DNA of 63,667 nucleotides, filler included, from Bonamia ostreae (Eukaryota): NCBI GenBank assembly GCA_040357525.1. It is 31 parts of 31 records of this genome, joined end to end, with 100 filler letters (N's around TTAATTAATTAA, not from the genome) between each part and the next. Parts side by side here need not be neighbours in the genome. Positions count along the whole stretch, not along the records: positions 1 to 1,971 come from JBDODL010001164.1; positions 2,072 to 4,040 come from JBDODL010001165.1; positions 4,141 to 6,107 come from JBDODL010001166.1; positions 6,208 to 8,173 come from JBDODL010001167.1; positions 8,274 to 10,239 come from JBDODL010001168.1; positions 10,340 to 12,304 come from JBDODL010001169.1; 25 more parts are not named here. One strand, 5' to 3'. Shown piece by piece: positions 1 to 10,619 of this stretch (position 1 is its first letter; each line of letters starts with the position of its first letter). The notes under the pieces were generated by a model. It saw only the letters and a program-made list of their open reading frames with translations, ran no database searches and was not told where the DNA came from. The position numbers and the translations under genes were made by a program.

Positions 1-387
1 CTGAGGGTCTATGGGTTTACAGTATTCAAATATATTTACAATAGTGTAAATATTTCTGGTGTATAAAAAAAAATATCGAGATTAGTTAATTTAGGGGAAT
101 GTTTATGATGTCTTTCATAGATCAGACAGGTATACGTATGTGTATTTCATTTTCATTTCCACTGGCAATGAAAGTGTGTGATGCTACCTCGCTTTTTCTC
201 AGTATGTTTCTGTACATAATCTTGTTTTTTCGTTACTGTACGTGATTTGTAGATAAATAAAATATAACTGTTTAGTTAACCACGATAAATATTATCAATT
301 GAATTACTGGTATTTATATATTTACATGTATGTCAATTGAATTCATTACAATAAAGTTGATCAAATGACTTCATTCTGTTATTTCAG

Positions 388-687
388 AGGCAACTATACC
401 ACCATGTGCAAGCATTACTTTAAATCAAGCAGCTTATTCGAATTCAACAGACATCTCTCTTCGTGTAAAAATTATACCCAATACTGATTTGTGTTTGAAA
501 ATTAAGAAAGATTCTGAAGAATCATACTCCGGAGACTGCATCCCCATACAAGACGACGGTGTAGACTTTGGAAAACTCGAATCAGCTACCAAGTATTTGT
601 TTGAAATATATTCTTACGTGAATATCTCTAACGGAAGTCTAGTTTTGAGTACAGAGTCCTGCGAAGACAAATTTCCAACATACACAA
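388..687 (+). CDS. Single phase-1/phase-1 exon encoding a fibronectin type III-like domain (metazoan host gene)
   Basis: ttcag| acceptor at 387 and |gtaagt donor at 688 bound a 300-nt open exon (...FGKLESATKYLFEIYSYV...) resembling the FN3 L-x-x-x-T-x-Y-x-F-x-V strand; long AT-rich flanking introns. Confidence 0.55.
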
Positions 688-1971
688 GTAAGTTATGAAG
701 TCATTCTTAAGCTTTTCAGGGTTTACGCACAGACAGGCACTCGACGTTTTAAAAACAAAATGACGGCGTGATACATGTATACCTTGTGAATGTGGCTTAT
801 GTAAAAAAATGTTCATGTTCATTTCCTGTCTTTATTTTGTTTTTGATCCTTACTAGATATCAATCTACATTCTAAATCCATGCGAATAAATTCAAAGCAA
901 CCAGATTCAATACCGCTATCTGATCATGTAGATTATGATTGAAAGAAGGATACCAAACAAACTGTTCCAGCACTTCTGCATTTTTATTTCATATTTGTTT
1001 TGTTATTTGGTTCTATCCTCATTAAGCCCCAACCTAGCCCCAAATGACTACAACATAAATTAAAGTCAAAATACGATACATTTTTGGAAAGTTGATATTT
1101 TGAATACAGATATCAAAATGTTCAACCTTGAAACACTTCACAATTGTCGAAATGTGAACATTCAATATAAAATATTAGAACTGAAATGAACTGATAAGTA
1201 TGGCACATACAGGTTACTAATGGATATTGCTGATAGATATGATAAAGTACAACTGCCATCACTCACATGTGAATTAATGTGTTTGTTTATAACATGTTAT
1301 TACTTGAACTTACACGATGAATTAACAACGCTATTATGAAAATGCACGTATGGTTGCTATTACCGGCACACAGTACGCCCGATCATAATTATACCAAATG
1401 AATCGGACACCATATGTATACATCAAAAACAGACACATGATAAAACCATGTTGGAATTTAATCATACATGAAAAACATACATGTTTCTGCCTCTAATAAC
1501 TCCTGTTGAATATTCTGAATCATCTGCAAGTTTTCTTGCTGTGTCCGGGGAGGCATGTTACCTAAGCATAAATTACAATGTTTGATTTGAATTCGTTCTC
1601 TTTCAATACAGTATGCAATGCACAGTTGGATATCAAATAATTTATCCATTATGAATCGCTGAAGTGCTCAAAATGAAATCGGAGTGTACAAAAATATACC
1701 TTCAAAACCGGCTTTAAGTTGCTGGATTTCAGTGGAAAGTCCTCTTAATTTGTCTCCAAGCGCTGCTTCTGCAATAAGAGTTTTTTGCTTGCTTAAAGCG
1801 ATCAAACGTATTGATGCATGAAATGAAAGCTTGTGTAAATAATCATAGAAAAAGCAAAACCACGAAAACCAGCTCATAACCAAAATAAAATGCTGCTATT
1901 TTCTTTTTACTTTCAGCTTAATCATAGACTCTGGTGAGCTTATCAAGCAGAAAGTAGGTACACATAAACAT

Positions 1972-2071
1972 NNNNNNNNNNNNNNNNNNNNNNNNNNNNN
2001 NNNNNNNNNNNNNNNTTAATTAATTAANNNNNNNNNNNNNNNNNNNNNNNNNNNNNNNNNNNNNNNNNNNN
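1972..2071. other. Artificial 100-nt contig spacer (N-run + TTAATTAATTAA + N-run); first of 30 such spacers, recurring every ~2.05 kb
   Basis: The same six-frame-stop linker appears between all contigs; contig lengths decrease monotonically (1971, 1969, 1967 ...). Confidence 0.98.
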
Positions 2072-2213
2072 TGTTTTGGATTAATGAAATTAACAACCAC
2101 TCTTCTTTATCTTCCATCATTTTTCCAGACTGCTTGATGTGTTTGACCATATTAGTTTTCGATATATCTTTTCCACACTACTTATAAGGCTCTCGTACTC
2201 TTCGAGGTGCCAT
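2072..2213 (-). pseudogene. Divergent ORF start next to the nonanucleotide (candidate Rep N-terminus), running off the contig end
   Basis: ATG at 2213, 17 nt from TAGTATTAC: MAPRRVREPYK*CGKDISKTNMVKHIK...; same strand as the Rep C-terminus at the other contig end; no clear RCR motif I visible. Confidence 0.35.
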
Positions 2214-2230
2214 ACCTGCTGGCGTGTATC

Positions 2231-2239
2231 TAGTATTAC
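2231..2239 (+). promoter_or_regulatory. CRESS-type origin nonanucleotide TAGTATTAC
   Basis: Exact match to the circovirus/nanovirus-type nick-site motif, flanked by direct ACCTGCT repeats; no intact flanking stem seen. Confidence 0.6.
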
Positions 2240-2254
2240 AAGTAAAACCTGCTA

Positions 2255-2430
2255 CTAAAGTACGAAAGAAGATTGCATTAGATTTTATTAATAGAATTCT
2301 ATTTTTAAAATTCGGTTTTAATATCTATTTATAGATTTGAAGCTAAAGTACGAAAGAAGATTGCATCAGATTCTATTAATAGAATTCTATTTTTAGAATT
2401 CGGTTTTAATATCTATTTATAGATTTAAAG
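2255..2430. repeat. 88-bp tandem duplication in the viral intergenic region
   Basis: ctaaagtacgaaagaagattgca... starts at 2255 and again at 2343, with few substitutions. Confidence 0.9.
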
Positions 2431-2540
2431 CTATTGTGAACTGAAAAAGTGTGCGAGTTATCTTGCTTTGATAATTCCGGTATCGTTATTGGTTCTAAAA
2501 TTACCACAGGTATATAAGCGCTCGCACGACAATATTTACG

Positions 2541-3525
2541 ATGCCGCAATATTTGTAAAGGCTGCGCCCTGCGGGGCTTGTATTCGGCGCTGCCTATGAT
2601 GCCGTTGTTAGATCTGGCTTTGGGAGTTATTATCCTTATAACAAAAGTAGACGCATTGGTCCTGTTAGAATGCGTGCTGGAATGCGATATAGAAGAACAG
2701 GAATGTCTTTCACGAAAAAGAAAAAGAAGAGGAGATCAAAAGGATGCGGTAAATATGAGCGGAAATCATTGTGGAGTCTTGCTTAAAAAAATGGAAATGT
2801 GAGCAGGACATATAAGATCAAAAAGATCTGACAGATGACTGTGACTTACAAGTTTGATAAAAACAAGTCCGGGTACATGCATTTCTAAAATGACTGAATT
2901 AGATACATTAAATTGGAAATAAGCATGAGAATTGGGATGTTTATAAAAGATGTGACGAGTACCAGTATTTCACTTGTGAAAGAATTTCCAACCGGATTCA
3001 CGACTTTAAAGTTCACCGTATCATTACTACCGAATATGAGGAAGCCGGTGGAAAATAAAAACTTTTTTGAAGATAAGGTAACATTCATGAACCCCATGAT
3101 ATTTTCTACCGGCCACATGATGGAAGGTGGCCTGGGGCCTTCTCTACGTCAAGTAATAAAGATTCCCTGGAGTTGTCAAAGAAGAAATGTATCAAGGACT
3201 GTAAGGACGGATTTTGGTGGAGTAGTCGCTTTTAAGCGTAAAACTGAACGTATTATGAAGGGGACCAATCATTTGAAATCTAGCTCTGATAGAGGGAACT
3301 ACTAATAACGGTCACAAAACTGCTCTCACAGAGCTTGGGATTCACCAAAAAGGAGACGTTGGAAACAAAGCAAATATTCATTGTATGGAATATGCAATTA
3401 CCTGAAAAGTCCCATTTCCGGCTACCTGGTACAGTGACGATATAGCTGCATCAGCGATAAGTATCACCAGAACTGTCAGAGAGTATTGTCACTTGGATTA
3501 CAGTTCGTTTCTGGAACAAATCTAA
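2541..3525 (+). pseudogene. Putative CRESS capsid-like gene with Arg/Lys-rich N-terminal arm, with in-frame stops and a probable frameshift
   Basis: TATATAAG at 2511, ATG at 2541; MPQYL*RLRP...NKSRRIGPVRMRAGMRYRRTGMSFTKKKKKRRSKG... is in frame with track ORF 2913-3305; stops at 2556, 2784, 2829, 2886, 2895; possible C-terminal continuation in the +1 frame to TAA at 3523-3525. Confidence 0.5.
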
Positions 3526-3739
3526 ATGACCATACAGGCCCGTAGGGCCTTCATGTCACCACGAGAAAGTCAGATCAGGACGCCCGTAGGGCGTTCCCCT
3601 CACCACGATGTCTACCCCTTTATTGGAACAGTTTATAACTCGTTGGGAACTAGTGATGTTTATATAGCTTGCACCATTTATTGACAATGTATTATAATGA
3701 ATAAGTAATATAACAAAATTAATGATGTTTTATTTTTAT

Positions 3740-4040
3740 TTATTGAGAAATATGTGGAAATAATTCGTTATTAACAAATGAATAGAGATCCCATCTGTCT
3801 CTGCTGAGTTTAGAAAGGTTAGACAAGAAATTTTCCATGTCACAAATTGCCGGAGGACTGAAGATTTTTGTACAACTTTGTGAGAATACATCAGTATACA
3901 TGATGAATTATTACTTGAGAATTTTGGACACATTTATGAACTATCCACGAAAAGCAGCAAGAGTCAAATCTACAGGACTTCTGCTGAATGTACATTACAC
4001 AGATAAACATATAGGGACCAGTGTAAGCATTCATAATTTA
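3740..4040 (-). pseudogene. rep: CRESS Rep C-terminal SF3-helicase fragment (motif C / arginine-finger region), interrupted by stops
   Basis: Translation ...VDLTLAAFRG*FINVSKILK**FIMYTDVFSQSCTKIFSPPAICDMENFLSNLSKLSRDRWDLYSFVNNELFPHISQ*; LSxDRW is the characteristic ending of nanovirus/smacovirus-like and related Reps; AATAAA signals overlap the stop. Confidence 0.7.
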
Positions 4041-6226
4041 NNNNNNNNNNNNNNNNNNNNNNNNNNNNNNNNNNNNNNNNNNNNTTAATTAATTAANNNN
4101 NNNNNNNNNNNNNNNNNNNNNNNNNNNNNNNNNNNNNNNNAATTCATTATTCTTTCTGTTTGAAGCCCAAATTTCTCAAATTTAGATATTTTGTCTTTCC
4201 AAGAAATAGATAATATCCATATCATATGGTCATAAATGAACCTGGTTCTTTAGTATGCTTCATACGATGTATGCAATATTAACAACACTTAACAGTTTCT
4301 GCTATTACATGTGCTTGTTTACAATTCATTGCATTGTTGGTTCAAGAATGATGATAGGTAAAATGGCATGATTCTTGCAGCTCAGAGCCGTGCCCACAAC
4401 TGATGATGCTAGAAGGACTACAACTTTGAAAGAGGTGAATTGAGTTCATTGAAATATAGACGATTAAATTAAACTCATTGTATTCGATAAATTGGTCTTG
4501 TTAGCCAGATATTATTGATAACTCATACTACTTGATGTTTAACACAGGAACATGTGTTGATACAATGTTTCTTTTTAGACGACAAGTTCACAAACAGAAA
4601 CAATAAGCATAAGTGTCAGCTGTCAAACACAGACTGTAAGCCATGCACATCACAAGAACACCCAAACTGGCAAGGTAATATGAATATAGTTTAGGCGAAA
4701 CAACAAAAATAGTTTTTATGCATTGAAGTAGTAAATCTAACAACACGTGTCGTTTGGATTTGTTCACGAATTTATTTTTTTCATAACTTCTGCTACTTTT
4801 TCTACCATAAAAGCTCATATGTTAATATGTCATCTAATAAAAAATGATATTTCTTTTACATACACTAAATAAATTTTACCTGAAATGTAAAGTTTCTAAA
4901 CGTTATGTATGCATATTGTAATAAGACATGGTGATTAAATCAAAGTGACTAGTAGAAGTGAACAATTAGGTTATGCCGTCATAGCTTTTATGATATTTTC
5001 CATATTCAAGGGATGTTAGTAAGGGTACATGTGGATGAATGTACACTACCAAAATTGTTAGTCAAGATCCTATTGCACTAAGACGTAGTAGATATTTGAT
5101 TGTGGTATTCGTTTTATTTGTAGAATTGTGATATTTGCATGCTAGCATTGTGCTTTAGTGTTTCTTATTTTGAGTATACATCTTGTAACTTTATCTTCAA
5201 CAGGTGGACTTATCAAAAACGTTAGAGTTTGACCCTCCAAAGGCAAGCTAATTACTTCTTTCAGATACACCACCCGTCTCTATTCATATACTTGTATGAT
5301 TAACCGTGCATTAAGCTGAAATTAATTGCACAATTTTCTCTACATCATACATAGTTGAGTTTGATGTAACATAAATGTCATGTATATTTGATTATGCATG
5401 AGACTTTTAAAAAGAAGTTAAATTATCTGATTTAAGATATGAAGGTGTTTAAACAATTTTATTTTAGCGGTTTTTTTTCTGTTTATGATTTCAATTCTGT
5501 TATATATGTTCGTTTTAACAATGTTGTATTTTATATTTTTGATTCTTTTTAAACATTTAGGTATATATTATGGTTTAACAATTTCATTTTAACATTTCGT
5601 ATTTTTGTTTTAACAGTTTAATTCTGTTTATGATTCTGATTTTATGTTTTTGTTTTTACTATTTCACTCTAGCATTTTTTCTGATAACTCTTATTAATGT
5701 TTCCTATTCCGATTTCAAAAAAAAAATATTTTTAAAAAGTTATTGTAAAAAGTCATTTGTAAAATTTTAACTATTAAACATTATTTTGAAGTGATACGCG
5801 TAACCGATACGGTCGTTATACGAACGACATGAGGGGATCAAATATGTTCCTTGAACTGTCCCCTGCCACCTGTTTTCTTTTTTAATTTTGTTCGTTGTGG
5901 TCTCCCTTTCCAGACATTGTTTCCATCTTGTAAAAAGCTGTTTAAAGATGATGTCATATCAGCGTGCAATCAAACAGGCACGAGTTTTCAAAAGTCGAAA
6001 TTATTACTCCCCAAGTTTTTCGTCATTGGAACAATAATTTACGGTCAGTAGTCGCAAACTGAAAACTGTGACGAACTAAAAAACCTCACCATAAGGTCAA
6101 AATTACANNNNNNNNNNNNNNNNNNNNNNNNNNNNNNNNNNNNNNNNNNNNTTAATTAATTAANNNNNNNNNNNNNNNNNNNNNNNNNNNNNNNNNNNNN
6201 NNNNNNNTTATCAAGAAAAAATGACT

Positions 6227-7609
6227 TTAAAACTTTTTACTTTTCCATTTTTGTTTTTTCCTTTTATTTCTAGTTTCGTCTTTTTGTTTTAACTCCTTTA
6301 ACATTACGAATCAATTTTAACAATCAACGCCATTTTTTGCGCTTCGCCGACTCTCTCCGAAAAAACCATCACATCCTCTTCTTTGACCCCGAATTCTTTC
6401 AATTTGAAGCCAATCACTAATCTTGTCATTAAAACATTGTTCTATCCTCTGGAACAACTCGACGTCGTCTTTAATTTTTAATCGTCACATTTATCAACAT
6501 TGTGTCACAATCGCAATGCTCAGACCAGACCGCCCTGCTCTGGCAGTCCTCCCCACGCGATGTATGTAATCTTTCGATTTCTGCGGCACGTCGTAGTTCA
6601 GAACGAGGTCCACTTGCGGAATATCCAGTCCTCTCGAAGCCACGTCCGTGGCGACGAGAATAGCGCTCTTCCCTAAAAATGAGTTGTTTTACCCGACTTG
6701 AACTTATTCAAAGCCGCGATCCGCTTGTCCTGCGGCATTTTCCCGTGCAACCCGATAACCGAGAAATCGAGTGCTTTGAGGACGAGCTCCAGTTTGTGCG
6801 TGTTCCTGATCGTGTTTGTGAAGATCATCACGCTTTTCCCCGAAAAGTCGTTTGCGATCGCGACCGTGTAAACGTCGCGGAATTTTGCGGGGACGAAAAT
6901 GTATTCCTGGCGCAGCGACTTGACCGTCTGGTATTTTCTGGAGACCTCGACCGTCGCCGGGTTGGCCAGACAGGCTCTTTTCAGCTTGCTGACCTTCTTG
7001 GTCATCGTGGCCGAATAGAGATACGTTTTCCTGTCGCTTGGGATCGCTCTCAGAATAGCGGTCATTTCCTTCTCGAAGTCCATGTTGAGCAACCTGTCCG
7101 CTTCGTCGAAGACGAGGTACTTCAAAGATCGCAGTGTGAAGCCCTTCGTGTTTTCGAGGTGGTCTAGAATCCGTCCTGGAGTCGCTACGATGACGTGTGG
7201 TTTCCCGGCGAGTTGCATCGACTGGCTGACCATGTCTTTTGCGTCGGTCAAAATTACCAAGCCCGCCTATCAAAATGGTGCACTTGACGCCGATTTGGGC
7301 GCCCAAGGACTCGAATTGTTCTTTGATCTGATAAGCGAGTTCTCTGCGGGAATGGCGTGTCGAAAATTACCGTGTGGGGGCGAGCACGAGCGCGAAGAAA
7401 GGGGCGGGTTTTGCGAGGAGGGCTTGCAGAACAGGGAGGACGAAGGCCGCTGTTTTGCCGGAGCCGGTTTCCGCGATTCCAATAATGTCGCGGCCTTCCA
7501 AAGCGCGCGGAATGGCTTCTTTCTGTATTTCAGTCGGTTCTTTGAAGCCCAAGTCGGCGCACGCTTTGCAAAGTTGTTCGGCGACGCCTAAATCGCTGAA
7601 AGAAGACAT
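6227..7609 (-). CDS. DDX47: DEAD-box RNA helicase DDX47/Rrp3, 7 exons, complete
   Basis: Q motif, [40 protein letters not shown]; six GT-AG introns at 7344-7370, 7236-7257, 6673-6692, 6469-6498, 6417-6435 and 6296-6321 (27, 22, 20, 30, 19, 26 nt) restore one frame. Confidence 0.93.
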
Positions 7610-7707
7610 TGGACTAAACTTTGCCAAAATTTGGTCACAAACGCTAAAACGCTCGAGAAATAAGCTAAATTAGAGAATAAGCTAATATATCAAAAGCTTT
7701 TATCCAA

Positions 7708-8130
7708 ATGAAAATCCGAACAAAGCAAAAAAATTATAGCACTCCCAGAAAAAGAGACGAGAAGGGCAAAGTAGCCAGGCGAGTCAAATCGATCGAAAAG
7801 GGCAAATTCGAGCCGGACGAGATCGCAGACAAAATCGCAGACCAAATCGCAGACAAAATCTCTTCAAGAAATGTCACCGCACAGCACATCAACCAGTTCC
7901 TCCCGAAGCGTCCGTCCAGCGACGTCCTCATCAAAAACCACCTCGTCCAAAGTTCCAAAAATTTCCCAAAGACACGATGACCTGGAACGCGGAGACGGTC
8001 AGCGGGAAACCGCCCAGCGCACGGAACTGCCACAGCGCCACCGTTATCGGCAAAAAGATGTTTTTGACGGGCGGATACGGCGATCACAGCAACAAAGAAA
8101 CGTTTATCGAGTTGATCGACCTCGATTTGC
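7708..8130 (+). CDS. RPEL-motif + Kelch-repeat protein, 5' part
   Basis: INQFLPKRPSSDVLIKNHLV (RPEL-like); removing a 20-nt intron (7952-7971) gives WNAETVSGKPPSARNCHSATVIGKKMFLTGGYG (Kelch repeat). Confidence 0.7.
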
Positions 8131-10339
8131 GTTCTTTTTTTCCACTCCAATTTTAAAAAATATAAAATAATTGNNNNNNNNNNNNNNNNNNNNNNNNNNN
8201 NNNNNNNNNNNNNNNNNTTAATTAATTAANNNNNNNNNNNNNNNNNNNNNNNNNNNNNNNNNNNNNNNNNNNNGATACTTATGTATATTTCAACATTGTT
8301 TACAGGAATATCAGTCGGTGATATGATTTTTCATTCACAGTGCTGTGTTACTAATATTAGAACAACCCCATTTTCACAAAAAATGACCCATTAAAATACC
8401 ATACTTTCTTTCTGAAATTTTAAATGACAAAACACACATTTTCAAAGTGTTGATATGATATAAAAGAGGAAGCCATTACACCTATATACCTTTTTCTGAA
8501 GTCATGGCAAATAGTTATTGCATGTTATCATGGTTTATCGTTGCTGTAGTTACACAAAAAGTGATAGTAAACCATTTCTACTTCTAGCCTATTCTTTTCA
8601 AAACGGCAAATACTTTAAAAACAATTTAATCAATAAAAATATAAAGGATATACTACATGATTTTCAATCAATATATATTTAAGTTTAAATTGTGTTCAGA
8701 AAAAGTTATTTGTAGATTTTGAAAATGGCGGGAAATGATATTTTTTTCATACAAGAAATATTTCGTTTACTTGCAAATAATGAAAAAATACCATTTTGTA
8801 TCATTTTCCAGAAAACATAACATTGATTCCATTTTTTCTTTCATTATCCCGATTACTGGTTTAAATTCACATTGTATCTAAATAAATGCACGAAACAATT
8901 ACTGCACATTTTGAAATTAGATACATTAACACTAAACAGAGGCATAAACAAATCACATGAAGTTTTTGCAATTTTATCAACGTTTTTAAATCCATGATTG
9001 AGTGTTTGCTTTTACAATTGTCGATGTCCGTTTTGCACAAATACCATCTTTAACACAAGTATTTATGTAAGGAACTAAGTTTTCACGAAACCTTTTTTTT
9101 TTCATTATTTATAATTTCCGTCGTTAAAGTGCCTTTCTAGTAATTGTTTTATTTATAAGTTATTGGCAGTAAGTCCGGTATTCTTTGGTTTACAGTCGTA
9201 TCATGCTGCTAAATATTACAACTAGACCGTTTTCTGTGGAAAAGCAAATAAGTTCTTACATTTTTCAAAATTTCCTCATGAGTAAAAGATAACGCAAACA
9301 TAATCCATTTTCTACACACGAAATTTTAGTAGGATTATATTTACTTCTAAAATATGTCTTAATTTGTTGGCAAAATATGGTTTGCTAAAAAGAGGTATAT
9401 GCATGATAAAGACACACACAGCACATTTTTGTCAATAAAATATCACATACCAGTAAATTCTTGATTTTATAACCATGAGACTAAAGTCTAGAAGTGCATT
9501 GTTTTATCATGTCTGTCTGTGTGACCGTATACCCTTCTATTAGTCTTCACACAAATGAAACCCTGTTCAAAACTTTAGATACAATATGATATAGTTCTCA
9601 TATTCTATATATGCACGAATATGCAAATATGGCCTTGTAATTTTGAGTAAGATAAAGATGTTAATTTTAAAAGTCCATCATGGTATGGGAAAGCATATAT
9701 CTTCTTGATAAACCCAGTGTATTTTTCGCAAAAAAAATATAGAAATATTAACATGCAGAACCCATAGCAATTGTTATTTTGCAAACAATGACGATTTCCA
9801 ACAATATACACTAATAATTGGTATTACACTCGGGCCTCGATCCAAACATATTACTTGTAAACTATTATATCACATACTGCATTAAAGTAAAGAGATATCT
9901 TGGATCGAGGCCTGGGAGATATGTTAATTGTAGTTTTTGTGTTCTGGAAACAGCCGTAATTTTACATTTCATACACGGAATCTGAATCTCTTTTTCCAAA
10001 TGTGATATTACTTTAAAACTGTCGAATGAATTTATATGAACAACAATTAAATATGGGGAGAGAGAAATAGCGAGAGGAGAGCGAGATGTACATGGATATT
10101 ATGGGTGTGCTTTAAAAGGAAATAACACAGACATATTTAGGTATGTATAATATTAGAATTGAATAGCACTCAATAGTACTTTTCACTTACCCAGAACACT
10201 TTAACGTAAAGGTACATGTTACGTTGTAAAATTGTGACGNNNNNNNNNNNNNNNNNNNNNNNNNNNNNNNNNNNNNNNNNNNNTTAATTAATTAANNNNN
10301 NNNNNNNNNNNNNNNNNNNNNNNNNNNNNNNNNNNNNNN

Positions 10340-10612
10340 ACAATTCAATTTTACAAAAAACAATAAAGAAGTTCAAACAAAAGTTTAAAATTTGTCTTTT
10401 TATGGCAACAATCAAACATGTACAAACGAAACAATTCAATTTTACAAAAAACAATAAAGAAGTTCAAACAAAAGTTTAAAATTTGTCTTTTTATGGCAAC
10501 AATCAAACATGTACAAACGAAACAATTCAATTTTACAAAAAACAATAAAGAAGTTCAAACAAAAGTTTAAAATTTGCCTTTTTATGGCAACAATCAAACA
10601 TGTACAAACGAA
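10340..10612. repeat. 91-bp tandem repeat (3 copies) inside a Piwi intron
   Basis: acaattcaattttacaaaaaacaataaag... starts at 10340, 10431 and 10522. Confidence 0.9.
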
Positions 10613-10619
10613 AAAAAAC

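Larger units (their letters stand above)
2072..4040. mobile_element. Decayed CRESS (circular Rep-encoding ssDNA) virus-like element, ambisense organisation
   Basis: TAGTATTAC nonanucleotide at 2231-2239 between divergent starts; + strand R/K-rich capsid-like frame from ATG 2541; - strand Rep-like C-terminus KIFSPP...NFLSNLSKLSRDRWDLY ending at 3740 next to AATAAA; GNA mini-hairpins; many in-frame stops. Confidence 0.75.

Noticed and set aside
1458-1883. Two same-frame minus-strand ORFs separated by one stop
   Set aside because: No recognisable motif; probably a decayed host repeat
2016-2027. TTAATTAATTAA recurring every ~2 kb, resembling a regular repeat or CRISPR-like array
   Set aside because: Always embedded in N runs; it is an artificial six-frame-stop linker
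2072-4040. Contig length of ~2 kb as evidence for a complete circular viral genome
   Set aside because: All contigs here are ~1.95 kb because of length sorting; no terminal overlap is visible and most of Rep is missing
6679-7673. Multiple long antisense and alternate-frame ORFs over DDX47 (likewise over Piwi and XPB)
   Set aside because: Shadow ORFs caused by GC3-rich codon usage; no motifs
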